This document shows, piece by piece, positions 1 through 8,012 of a stretch of DNA of 54,192 bases; the stretch's first letter is position 1; every line of letters starts with the position of its first letter. Source of the DNA: an uncultured Oscillospiraceae bacterium (lineage in GTDB: Bacteria; Bacillota; Clostridia; Peptostreptococcales; Anaerovoracaceae); NCBI GenBank assembly GCA_964559965.1, contig CAZLJV010000001.1, forward strand, positions 1 through 54,192, written 5' to 3'. The translations under genes were made by a program, and so were the position numbers. The notes under the pieces were generated by a model. The model was not told the DNA's origin. It did no database searches and was given only the letters and a program-made list of their open reading frames with translations.

Positions 1-41
1 TTCTTGCGAGGTGTTCCTAAAACAAACCACTCCTGCGATTT

Positions 42-1334
42 CTATTCAACCAACCACGGCAGCAGACCTGTGAAAAAGGCGAAGCGCTTCAGTACAGTTT
101 CTATCAGAAGGAATTCCTTCTCGCTATGTGGGAAACCACCGCCTGGGCCACACCCGTCGATGATTGGGATTTTGCATTCGGCAAGTCGGTTAGCGTCGGA
201 TAGACCACCGGCTGGCACAAAGCTTACAGGATAGGTTTCTGCATTCGTGGAAAGAAAGACTTCGTCTGCAAATTGATGAAGTCTGGAGACATATTTTGAG
301 CCGTAATCGGTCATTCTCTCCATTAATTTACGGGTGGAATCGATTTCACGCAGAGGCATAATCGAAGATAAGAGACGGACTTCAATACTTGTACCTGCAA
401 CTTTAGGTGTGCGTTTAGAGAGTTTTTCGATTGACTTTTGGATTCGCTCCATCTCTTTTATGTCCGTAAAACGAACTTCGACTTGAGCTTTGCACAAATC
501 CGGAACTACATTGAGTGCAGTGCCGCCTTCCACAAGGCCGATGTTTACGGAAGTTCCCTTCGCATAGTTTTTGAGACCGTCAAGTGCAGTTATCAGATGT
601 CCCATTTCAACTATTGCGCTGGCGCCGGACTGAGGTGCAGTCCCTGCGTGGGAAGCGATGCCATGAATGATAAATTCATACTTATTGCAGCCTTTGCGGG
701 CACTTACAAATTGATCCTTCTTTCGACCGCCTTCGAAAACAAAGGCAGTTTTTGCGCGTTTTCCCCAGCGAATAAGTTCATCTAAAGAATCCTCTGACCC
801 TGTTTCCTCATCGCTGTCAAGGAGAAGGCACAGACGAAGGTGTGGATGATGCTGGATCAGGTATTCTGCAATATAAATTATCAGAAGAACGGCGGATTTC
901 ATGTCTACTGTACCAGGTCCGTAGGCATAGGAAGGGATTCGGTTATTGGCGATGGCTTCCTCCAGCTGGTCGGTTGGAATTACGATTCCATCGGCTGTTT
1001 CCAATCGGAATGGCCACTTAGCAGTAGTTCCAGCGGGGAATACGGTATCCATGTGACCTACTAAAAGGAAATCAAAGTCAGCAACGCCAGCAGTGCTGGC
1101 AGCACTAAATTCGCTGGCAGTGCCAGCAGCAGGCGTGGTGCCGACTACGATTGGGCGGTCGTTATCTGGCCCGCAATATATAGTATGGCAGGAAAGGCCG
1201 GCACGCTCCATTCTATCGCGATAAAAATCAGCGACACGCCTACATCCGCAGATATTGGCCGTGCCGCTGTCCATATTTATTACAGTTTCAAGTTCTCTAA
1301 GATAATCGATGATTGGAAAATTAAAATCTTTCAT
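42..1334 (-). CDS. M20 family metallopeptidase/amidohydrolase (carboxypeptidase G2-like)
   Basis: 430-aa ORF with M20 metal-ligand motifs in the translation (LLVGHMDTVFP, DSDEETGS, IASHAG). Its start codon lies 14 nt inside the 3' end of the upstream cobC-like gene. Confidence 0.8.
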   Translation of the reverse strand: MKDFNFPIIDYLRELETVINMDSGTANICGCRRVADFYRDRMERAGLSCHTIYCGPDNDRPIVVGTTPAAGTASEFSAASTAGVADFDFLLVGHMDTVFPAGTTAKWPFRLETADGIVIPTDQLEEAIANNRIPSYAYGPGTVDMKSAVLLIIYIAEYLIQHHPHLRLCLLLDSDEETGSEDSLDELIRWGKRAKTAFVFEGGRKKDQFVSARKGCNKYEFIIHGIASHAGTAPQSGASAIVEMGHLITALDGLKNYAKGTSVNIGLVEGGTALNVVPDLCKAQVEVRFTDIKEMERIQKSIEKLSKRTPKVAGTSIEVRLLSSIMPLREIDSTRKLMERMTDYGSKYVSRLHQFADEVFLSTNAETYPVSFVPAGGLSDANRLAECKIPIIDGCGPGGGFPHSEKEFLLIETVLKRFAFFTGLLPWLVE

Positions 1335-1950
1335 ATCTTACAGGTTCCCCCTCTTGGAAAAATACAGTGTATCCGTGACCGGGATCAGGAATCCACTGCC
1401 AGAAATTCTGCACTTCATCAGGAAACATGTGATGCATGCAGCAGGAGATAACACCGCCATGACATACCATGATAGAAATAGCATCTTGTCCGCTGTGGCG
1501 ATGAGACAGCTCTTTTATGCGATGATAGCCACGAAGCTCGTCAAGACCACGGATAACACGACGCTGAAATCCCATAGGCGACTCGCCGCCAGGATATTCT
1601 TCTTCACTATTCATGTTTCCTAAATGTTCTATTATATTAGGAATATGCTCAAGCTCCTCCCAAGTCTTACATTCCCAGTCCCCGAAATTCATTTCACGAA
1701 GATTAGGAATCTGCTTGTGAGAAACAGAGCCATAAATAGTTTCCAGCGTCTGCTCGGTACGGAGCAAACCGGAAGTATAGCAATCAGCATCTTTTAATGG
1801 TGGATGAACACCATCATCACGCAGCTTGCGAAGAGACTCAATCCCCTCAGGCAAAAGTGCTACGTCAGCCCAGCCATAAAACCATCTCTTTGCATTTCCT
1901 TCAGTCACACCGTGACGGATAAAGTGAATATATGAAAGCATAGACTTCAA
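1321..1950 (-). CDS. cobC: histidine phosphatase family protein, probable alpha-ribazole-5'-phosphate phosphatase
   Basis: 209 aa. N-terminal RHG motif (FIRHGVTEGN) of the phosphoglycerate-mutase-like superfamily. Sits directly downstream of cobS/cobU/cobT. Confidence 0.7.
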   Translation of the reverse strand: MKSMLSYIHFIRHGVTEGNAKRWFYGWADVALLPEGIESLRKLRDDGVHPPLKDADCYTSGLLRTEQTLETIYGSVSHKQIPNLREMNFGDWECKTWEELEHIPNIIEHLGNMNSEEEYPGGESPMGFQRRVIRGLDELRGYHRIKELSHRHSGQDAISIMVCHGGVISCCMHHMFPDEVQNFWQWIPDPGHGYTVFFQEGEPVRYERF

Positions 1951-1957
1951 CTTCCTC

Positions 1958-2344
1958 CTATTTCAATCTCTGTCCCAACCCGCAAAAAATTCTGTGCACC
2001 TCATCTGCCTCACGAGCGAGCATGAGCATAGTCCTGCCCATCATCTCCCTAAATGCACGATCCGTTGCATCCATAGGAACAAGCCCCTGGGAAACATCAG
2101 AAGCCACAAAAATTGTAGGCGCAGAAGATATATCCTTAAATTTGGACTCTAAAACTGCGCTTGCTTCTAAATTATTAACACAGCAGTTATAGACGAATTC
2201 TTCAAGGCCATAGACTATAGGCTTTGAAAAATCTGGATTCTGGTCATTTCTAACACATCTATATACATCAGATTCATTTAAGTTAAACTTTTTTAGGGCA
2301 TATTCCAGTTTACCCTGATATGCTCCGCCGAATACTAAAATCAT
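1958..2344 (-). CDS. degenerate CobU-like protein (adenosylcobinamide kinase/guanylyltransferase family, P-loop not conserved)
   Basis: 128 aa. The C-terminus (SDVSQGLVPMDATDRAFREMMGRTMLMLAREADEVHRIFCGLGQRLK) resembles the CobU C-terminal region. The N-terminus reads VFGGAYQGKL where CobU has GGxxSGKS. Confidence 0.55.
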   Translation of the reverse strand: MILVFGGAYQGKLEYALKKFNLNESDVYRCVRNDQNPDFSKPIVYGLEEFVYNCCVNNLEASAVLESKFKDISSAPTIFVASDVSQGLVPMDATDRAFREMMGRTMLMLAREADEVHRIFCGLGQRLK

Positions 2345-2352
2345 TTTTCCTC

Positions 2353-3120
2353 CTAAACTAAAGCCATGGCTAAAACGCCAATAAGCTCACCCCAGACAAT
2401 GCCATATCCAGCAATGTCACCATTCATGCCATCAAGCTGACGCTTACCATATAAAATTGCAAGATAAGAAGCTGCCGCAGTAGCTGATAGCACAATAGCT
2501 ACTGGAACGAAATCACCGCTGAGGAAGAAACCGATACCACAATACAGCGCAAGCTGAATTAAAATAATAAGTACAGCTTTTTTCTTCTGGCCGCTTGCAG
2601 ACGCACCATCTCCCGATGCATACTGGCTGGTTCCCATAGGCCTTCTCAGCAAAACATTCATACCCGACACTCCTCGGCTCACCACAGGTATTAAGCATAG
2701 GCTGAAGAAGTCTACACCCATACTCAGCGCCTGAGAAAGGAAGGCGTAATATCCTAACAACAGGAAGGCAAGGCTGATAACAGCGAAGGCCCCTGTATGA
2801 GAATCCTTCAAAATTCTCTGACGGTCTTCCAGTGGGCGGCGGCTCATAATAGCATCGCAGCAATCCATGAAACCATCCAAGTGGAGAAAACCACACAATA
2901 TAAATGGAAGAAAAGTCATCAAGAAAGCAGTAATTAAAAATGGCATATTAAGAGTCATGAGAAGTATGCAGGCAGCACCCCAAATCAGACCTATGATAAG
3001 ACCCACAGATGGGAGAAAACCAAGCATATAATTTTTAAGATTATTATCCCACAACTTTAATGGACATGGCAAAGTAAGGAAATTTCCCCATGCCATAAAA
3101 AATCCTGTAACAAGTTTCAT
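2353..3120 (-). CDS. cobS: adenosylcobinamide-GDP ribazoletransferase (cobalamin synthase)
   Basis: 255-aa polytopic membrane protein with the HLDGFMDCCDA acidic motif typical of CobS. Flanked by cobU and cobT. Confidence 0.85.
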   Translation of the reverse strand: MKLVTGFFMAWGNFLTLPCPLKLWDNNLKNYMLGFLPSVGLIIGLIWGAACILLMTLNMPFLITAFLMTFLPFILCGFLHLDGFMDCCDAIMSRRPLEDRQRILKDSHTGAFAVISLAFLLLGYYAFLSQALSMGVDFFSLCLIPVVSRGVSGMNVLLRRPMGTSQYASGDGASASGQKKKAVLIILIQLALYCGIGFFLSGDFVPVAIVLSATAAASYLAILYGKRQLDGMNGDIAGYGIVWGELIGVLAMALV

Positions 3121-3136
3121 AAATCAAACCTCTTTA

Positions 3137-3694
3137 TTATTTATATAAATATTTCATTCCGAAAGTCACTTCAACTACCTGATCGCAGACTTGTGCCAAG
3201 GTGTGGTCAAGCATAGCCAAAGTGCGCTTGTAACATTCCGTTGTTTCTTCGTAACTTTGAGCATCGGAATAAATATAATCGGAGACAAAAACCGTATTTC
3301 CAGTTGACCGAGCAAATTCGAGCAAATCTTTAGCTAAATTAGCTCCACATTCAAGATTCATAGGTTCTCCGTATGGAAACATCTCATTGGAAAGAAGGGC
3401 AGTTACACTGTCCAGCAAAAAAACTCCATTGGGATCTATAGGTTTTCCACTGACTGTCTTTGCGCCGGGTTTAAGGCAGTCACAAATGCAGCGGCCTTGC
3501 TCTACAGTATCGAAACCCCAGCCTTCACGTTCCCTAAGGTGGCGTTGGATACGTGCCCTGTCTTCATCATCAACAGGAATCATGGTCGCAACATAATAAA
3601 GTGGAACATCGCATTCTTTCGCCATGCTTTGTGCCAGCTCCTGAGCATGATAAGATTTTCCGTTTTTACAGCCGCCGCTGATAAAAATATTCAT
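3137..3694 (-). CDS. cobU: bifunctional adenosylcobinamide kinase / adenosylcobinamide-phosphate guanylyltransferase
   Basis: 185 aa with Walker A SGGCKNGKS at the N-terminus and an ARIQRHLRER region matching the CobU guanylyl-histidine segment. Its start overlaps the cobT stop. Confidence 0.85.
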   Translation of the reverse strand: MNIFISGGCKNGKSYHAQELAQSMAKECDVPLYYVATMIPVDDEDRARIQRHLREREGWGFDTVEQGRCICDCLKPGAKTVSGKPIDPNGVFLLDSVTALLSNEMFPYGEPMNLECGANLAKDLLEFARSTGNTVFVSDYIYSDAQSYEETTECYKRTLAMLDHTLAQVCDQVVEVTFGMKYLYK

Positions 3695-4896
3695 TAGAAG
3701 AAGTTTCCTTTCTTCGCTTCCTGCAGATAATCTGCATCAATAGCACCTTCCGCAAATGTAGCCATGCCGTTCATGGTTGCACAAGCTGTCTCTAAAATCT
3801 TAAAGCTGATAGGACAGCCGCTTCCTTCGCCTAAACGCATGCCTAAGTTGAAATAAGGTTTAACATCGAGAGCGTCCATAGCTGCCATATATCCTCTTTC
3901 TTTGGAAACATGGGAACCGAAACAGAAGTCGGTAACCTGAGGTGCCAGCCAGTAAGCTGCCAGTGCAGCGACAGCAGAGATATATCCGTCGATAACAACA
4001 GGAATTCTGTAGTATGCTGCGCCTAAGAAAGCACCAACCATAGCGCAGATGTCGAATCCGCCAACTTCAGCTAAGATTCCAACCACATCTATTTCCTTAC
4101 TGATGCGAGTGCGGATATTTTCACTGTCAGCTTCATTTACAACGCTTCCACCACCGTATTTTTCACAACGAGCTACGGCTTCGTCTACGATACGAACTTT
4201 TTTAGCTAAGCCTTCATCATTTAATCCACCGCCGCGGCCAACTACATCTTCGCCATCTAAGCCGAGAAGGGCAGCTAATACGCAGGCGCTGGTTGTGGTA
4301 TTACCGATACCCATTTCGCCTACGCCGAATACATTATAACCACAGCACTTAATAGCTTCGACAGCATCGATACCTGTGTAGATTGCCTGAAGGGCTTCAT
4401 TGCGAGTCATAGCAGGGCCTTTAGCTAAATTCTTAGTTCCACGGCCTATGCTTCGGTTTACAATACCTCTGGAAAGAACAGAACCAGACTGTTCAGTCAT
4501 GGAAGATGTATACAGTTCCTCCGGAATGTCCATCTTAACACCCATGTCGACAACGAGAAGGTCTATGCCGAAATATTTTGCCATAGAGCCAACACCAGTC
4601 AGACGACGAGTGAAGTTGATAGTCTGAGAAAGAGTTACGGACTGAGGTGCAGAGGCTACGCCCTCATCGACTACACCGTTATCAGCAGAGAAAATTGCGA
4701 TTGCCTGCTTAGTCATATCATTCTTCACAGAACCGGTGATTCCAGCCAGACGAATTGATATTTCTTCTAAATCTCCCAAGGCGCCGGTTGGTTTCGCCAA
4801 AATCTCCTGTCTCGCACGTGCAGTTTCCATTGCAGTATTGTTCAGCTGTCCCATTTCTTCAATGGCAGCCAGTGTTTCAAGTAAACGTTTTTCCAT
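3694..4896 (-). CDS. cobT: nicotinate-nucleotide--dimethylbenzimidazole phosphoribosyltransferase
   Basis: 400 aa. Signature GEMGIGNTT and C-terminal GMRLGEGSG motifs of CobT. Confidence 0.9.
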   Translation of the reverse strand: MEKRLLETLAAIEEMGQLNNTAMETARARQEILAKPTGALGDLEEISIRLAGITGSVKNDMTKQAIAIFSADNGVVDEGVASAPQSVTLSQTINFTRRLTGVGSMAKYFGIDLLVVDMGVKMDIPEELYTSSMTEQSGSVLSRGIVNRSIGRGTKNLAKGPAMTRNEALQAIYTGIDAVEAIKCCGYNVFGVGEMGIGNTTTSACVLAALLGLDGEDVVGRGGGLNDEGLAKKVRIVDEAVARCEKYGGGSVVNEADSENIRTRISKEIDVVGILAEVGGFDICAMVGAFLGAAYYRIPVVIDGYISAVAALAAYWLAPQVTDFCFGSHVSKERGYMAAMDALDVKPYFNLGMRLGEGSGCPISFKILETACATMNGMATFAEGAIDADYLQEAKKGNFF

Positions 4897-4926
4897 GGTG
4901 TATTCCTTTCTGTAGCTAATTACCAG

Positions 4927-5706
4927 TTAGTTGTGAAGATAATTATTTTCCGTCAGCCAACGCACCGCAGCTTCGCAGTCGCGAGATTCAATGGTAAATG
5001 TCACATCTTTGTGGCAGTATTTATCCACCCAGCTGAAAATCTTGTTAAAATCCAAAATCCCTGATTCCATGCCCAGTGAGCCATGGGAATCTCCATCTCC
5101 GTGGTTGTTGTGAATGTGGAAATGGCGAAGGTAAGGTCCGAGAACACGAAGCCATTCTTCCATATCCACCTGATTATGCCCTGCAGCCAAAGCGTGCCCT
5201 GTATCGAGGCAAATTCCGATGCGTGGATCGGAAATCTGTTTCATCATGTCAGCGAGCATGTATGGCTCGTCGTCCAGCACATTTTCGATGAAAAGTGAAA
5301 AATTCTCGGGCTTGTCCGCCATAAACTCCTGCCAGAAGACTGCCGATTTTTCAGCCTGCCATTCTTTGAAGTAGATAAACGGAATCCAGCCCGTATGGAC
5401 TACCATTCCTTCAGCACCGATTTCCCGGCATACTTCATATGTTTGCTCCAGTCGTTCCTTAGCAAAATCTTTCGCTTTCACATCGATTGCAGCCGGAAAG
5501 ATTTCGGTGAACGGACCGTGTACGATTATGCGCTCAGCGCCAGTTTCGGCGAGGTCACGGCGTATGTCGGACAGTAATTTTTCACGATTTTCTGGATTTA
5601 ATTCTTCGGAAATACAGGTGTGGTTGATTTCAATATTAAGTTTGTTTTTTTTGATCACATCTACGGCTCCATAGGAGAACGTAGCAATAAATATTTTTTC
5701 TTTCAT
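4927..5706 (-). CDS. xylose-isomerase-like TIM-barrel (AP endonuclease 2 family) protein; candidate cobamide-remodelling phosphodiesterase CbiR
   Basis: The ORF track gives 4927-5772 with a TTG start. I place the start at the ATG giving MKEKIFIATF. His/Asp/Glu-rich metal-binding motifs are present (HGPF, VVHTGW, LDTGHA, HFHIHNNHGDGDSH). It is the first gene of the cobT-cobU-cobS operon. Confidence 0.6.
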   Translation of the reverse strand: MKEKIFIATFSYGAVDVIKKNKLNIEINHTCISEELNPENREKLLSDIRRDLAETGAERIIVHGPFTEIFPAAIDVKAKDFAKERLEQTYEVCREIGAEGMVVHTGWIPFIYFKEWQAEKSAVFWQEFMADKPENFSLFIENVLDDEPYMLADMMKQISDPRIGICLDTGHALAAGHNQVDMEEWLRVLGPYLRHFHIHNNHGDGDSHGSLGMESGILDFNKIFSWVDKYCHKDVTFTIESRDCEAAVRWLTENNYLHN

Positions 5707-5765
5707 GCTATATATTCTACCACATAGAACTCGAAAAAAAAAGCCCCTGTACTGTTCTGCATGCG

Positions 5766-5794
5766 TTGCCAAAACAAGAAATTTTTGATAGAAT
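5766..5794 (+). promoter_or_regulatory. sigma-A type promoter for the DMT transporter gene
   Basis: TTGCCA (5766-5771), 17-nt spacer, TAGAAT (5789-5794) preceded by TGn (extended -10). It lies 46 nt upstream of the ATG at 5840. Confidence 0.45.
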
Positions 5795-5839
5795 AAAATC
5801 GTGGCTTAGTATATTTTTTTATGAAAAGGAAAGAGAATT

Positions 5840-6772
5840 ATGAGCAAGAAAATGAGAAGTAACCTGCTGTTATTACTTACAGCATTCATCTGGGGTACTG
5901 CATTCGTGGCGCAGAAGAGCGGTATGGACTACATCGAGCCCTTCACTTATGGCGGTATCAGAACTTTGATTGGCGGTCTGTTCCTGATTCCTGTAATTGC
6001 ATTTCTGGACAGAAGAAAGCCAGCTGAAGAGAAAGCGAGAATGGAATCTCGCACTGAAGTCCAGAAAAAAGCCGAAGATAAGCTGCTGCTTATAGGCGGT
6101 ATCTGCTGCGGATGTGCATTGTTTGTAGCATCTTCCCTCCAGCAGTTCGGTGTGTCTTACACCACAGCTGGTAAGGCTGGATTCATTACAACTCTGTATG
6201 TGGTAATAGTACCTATTTTCAGTATCTTCTTGAGAAAGAAGGTTAAACCTGTAATGTGGTTCTGCGTAATGCTTGGTGCAATTGGAATGTATATGCTCTG
6301 TATGAAGGATGCCACATTCTCACTACAGTATGGCGACTTTTTAGTATTGCTCTGTGCATTCGCTTTCGCAGTACATATTTTAGTAATTGACTACTTTTCC
6401 CCTAAGGTGGACAGCGTTCGTCTGTCATGCATTCAGTTCCTTGTAGCAGGTACTCTTGGAATTGTATGTATGTTCATCTTTGAAACTCCGGTTATGGCTA
6501 ACATCTTAGCTTGCTGGTTCCCAATCCTGTATGCAGGCGTTATGTCCAGCGGTGTAGCTTATACCTTGCAGGTAGTGGCACAGGCTGATGCTGATCCGAC
6601 TGCAGCATCTCTGATTCTTTCTCTGGAATCTGTATTCGCCGCCCTGTCCGGAATGGTTCTGCTTAGCGAAAGCATGTCAGCTAAAGAACTTATGGGATGT
6701 GTAATCATATTTATCGCAATCATCATCGCACAGCTGCCTTCTAAGGAAGAAAGAGCTGCGATGAAGAAATAA
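5840..6772 (+). CDS. DMT (EamA) family transporter
   Basis: 310 aa with about 10 hydrophobic segments in two repeated halves. The N-terminus LLLLTAFIWGTAFVAQK is typical of EamA domains. A good RBS (AAAGGAAAGAG) is present. Confidence 0.8.
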   Translation: MSKKMRSNLLLLLTAFIWGTAFVAQKSGMDYIEPFTYGGIRTLIGGLFLIPVIAFLDRRKPAEEKARMESRTEVQKKAEDKLLLIGGICCGCALFVASSLQQFGVSYTTAGKAGFITTLYVVIVPIFSIFLRKKVKPVMWFCVMLGAIGMYMLCMKDATFSLQYGDFLVLLCAFAFAVHILVIDYFSPKVDSVRLSCIQFLVAGTLGIVCMFIFETPVMANILACWFPILYAGVMSSGVAYTLQVVAQADADPTAASLILSLESVFAALSGMVLLSESMSAKELMGCVIIFIAIIIAQLPSKEERAAMKK

Positions 6773-6801
6773 ATGCCAGAATTAATTGGAGGACTAGAAT
6801 A

Positions 6802-7359
6802 ATGATGACTAGAGAAGAGGCGTTGGAACTTTTGAAAAAGTACAACAAGGACGAATTTCATATCCATCACGGTTTAATGGTAGAAGGAACCATGCGTTAC
6901 TTCGCTGAGAAATTAGGATATGGTGATGATGTGGATTTTTGGGGCATGGTAGGACTGCTCCACGATATCGACTTCGAAATGTGGCCTGAAGAACATTGCA
7001 AAAAAGCACCTGAGCTGCTTCGAGAAGCTGGTGTAAGTGAGGAAATGATTCATGCAATCGTATCTCATGGTTACGGACTCTGCGCAGATGTAGAACCTGA
7101 ACTTGAGATGGAGAAAGTGTTATTTGCCTGCGACGAACTGACTGGACTTATTGGTGCAGCAGCACTTATGCGCCCATCTAAGAGCTGTCAGGACATGGAG
7201 CTGAAATCTCTGAAAAAGAAGTTTAAGGATAAGCGTTTCGCAGCAGGCTGTGACCGTGATGTAATCATTCGCGGTGCTGAAATGCTGGGCTGGGAGCTTG
7301 ATCATCTGCTTTCTGAAACTTTAGAAGCGATGAAAACTTGTGAAGATGCACAGGCATAA
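6802..7359 (+). CDS. HD-domain metal-dependent phosphohydrolase
   Basis: 185 aa. H...HD motif (HIHHGL...GLLHDID) and a later HGY. Confidence 0.7.
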   Translation: MMTREEALELLKKYNKDEFHIHHGLMVEGTMRYFAEKLGYGDDVDFWGMVGLLHDIDFEMWPEEHCKKAPELLREAGVSEEMIHAIVSHGYGLCADVEPELEMEKVLFACDELTGLIGAAALMRPSKSCQDMELKSLKKKFKDKRFAAGCDRDVIIRGAEMLGWELDHLLSETLEAMKTCEDAQA

Positions 7360-7415
7360 CAATAACATAGTTAGAAACAACATAGTTGGAAATAGCATAG
7401 AAAGAGTAGGAATTA

Positions 7416-8000
7416 ATGATGAATTGTATCGAAGAACGAATTCTAAAAGACGGAATTGTAAAAGAAGGTAATGTTCTGAAGGTAGACAGCTTTCTGAATC
7501 ACCAGATGGATATCGAACTGTTCCGCGAAATGGGAGTAGAGTGGAAAAAACGTTTTGAGGGTAAGAACATAAATAAAATCCTGACTATCGAAGCGTCTGG
7601 AATCGGTATTGCATGCGTGGCGGCTATGGAATTTGGCGTGCCTGTAGTATTCGCAAAGAAGGCTAAGAGTATCAATCTGGAAGGCGAAATGTATACAGCT
7701 GAGGTTGAATCCTTCACTCATAAGAACAGAAATCAGGTTATCGTTTCTAAGAAGTTCCTCTCACCAGATGACCATGTGCTGATTATCGACGACTTCTTAG
7801 CTAATGGCTGTGCTCTTCAGGGTCTGATTCAGATTGTAAAGTCTGCAGGTGCTAAGGTAGAAGGTATCGGTATCGCCATCGAAAAGGGATTCCAGCCAGG
7901 TGGTACGATGATTAGAAATCTGGGATATCAGCTTGAGTCACTGGCAATCGTAGACGACATGAACTGGGAAACAGGCGAAATTACGCTGCGTCAGGAATAG
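7416..8000 (+). CDS. xpt: xanthine phosphoribosyltransferase
   Basis: 194 aa, collinear with Bacillus subtilis Xpt ([36 protein letters not shown]-binding motif, EKGFQPG). Confidence 0.92.
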   Translation: MMNCIEERILKDGIVKEGNVLKVDSFLNHQMDIELFREMGVEWKKRFEGKNINKILTIEASGIGIACVAAMEFGVPVVFAKKAKSINLEGEMYTAEVESFTHKNRNQVIVSKKFLSPDDHVLIIDDFLANGCALQGLIQIVKSAGAKVEGIGIAIEKGFQPGGTMIRNLGYQLESLAIVDDMNWETGEITLRQE

Positions 8001-8012
8001 GAGTGCAGAGTA

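Noticed and set aside
4927-5772. Longer N-terminal extensions offered by the ORF track, e.g. 5772 (TTG), 15061 (citE), 15306 (citD), 20913 (glmS), 33684 (aminotransferase) and 33586 (PucR)
   Set aside because: Internal ATG codons are preceded by good Shine-Dalgarno sequences. They also match the expected N-termini and lengths of the families. The extensions overlap upstream genes or consist of low-complexity basic residues.
5707-5839. Search for a cobalamin riboswitch upstream of the cob operon, and consideration of the A9/T9 homopolymer (5737-5745) as a phase-variable tract or terminator
   Set aside because: There is no B12-box-like sequence and the region is too short for the aptamer. The homopolymer has no adjacent stem, so it is not a terminator. 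Nine residues in an intergenic region is weak evidence for phase variation.
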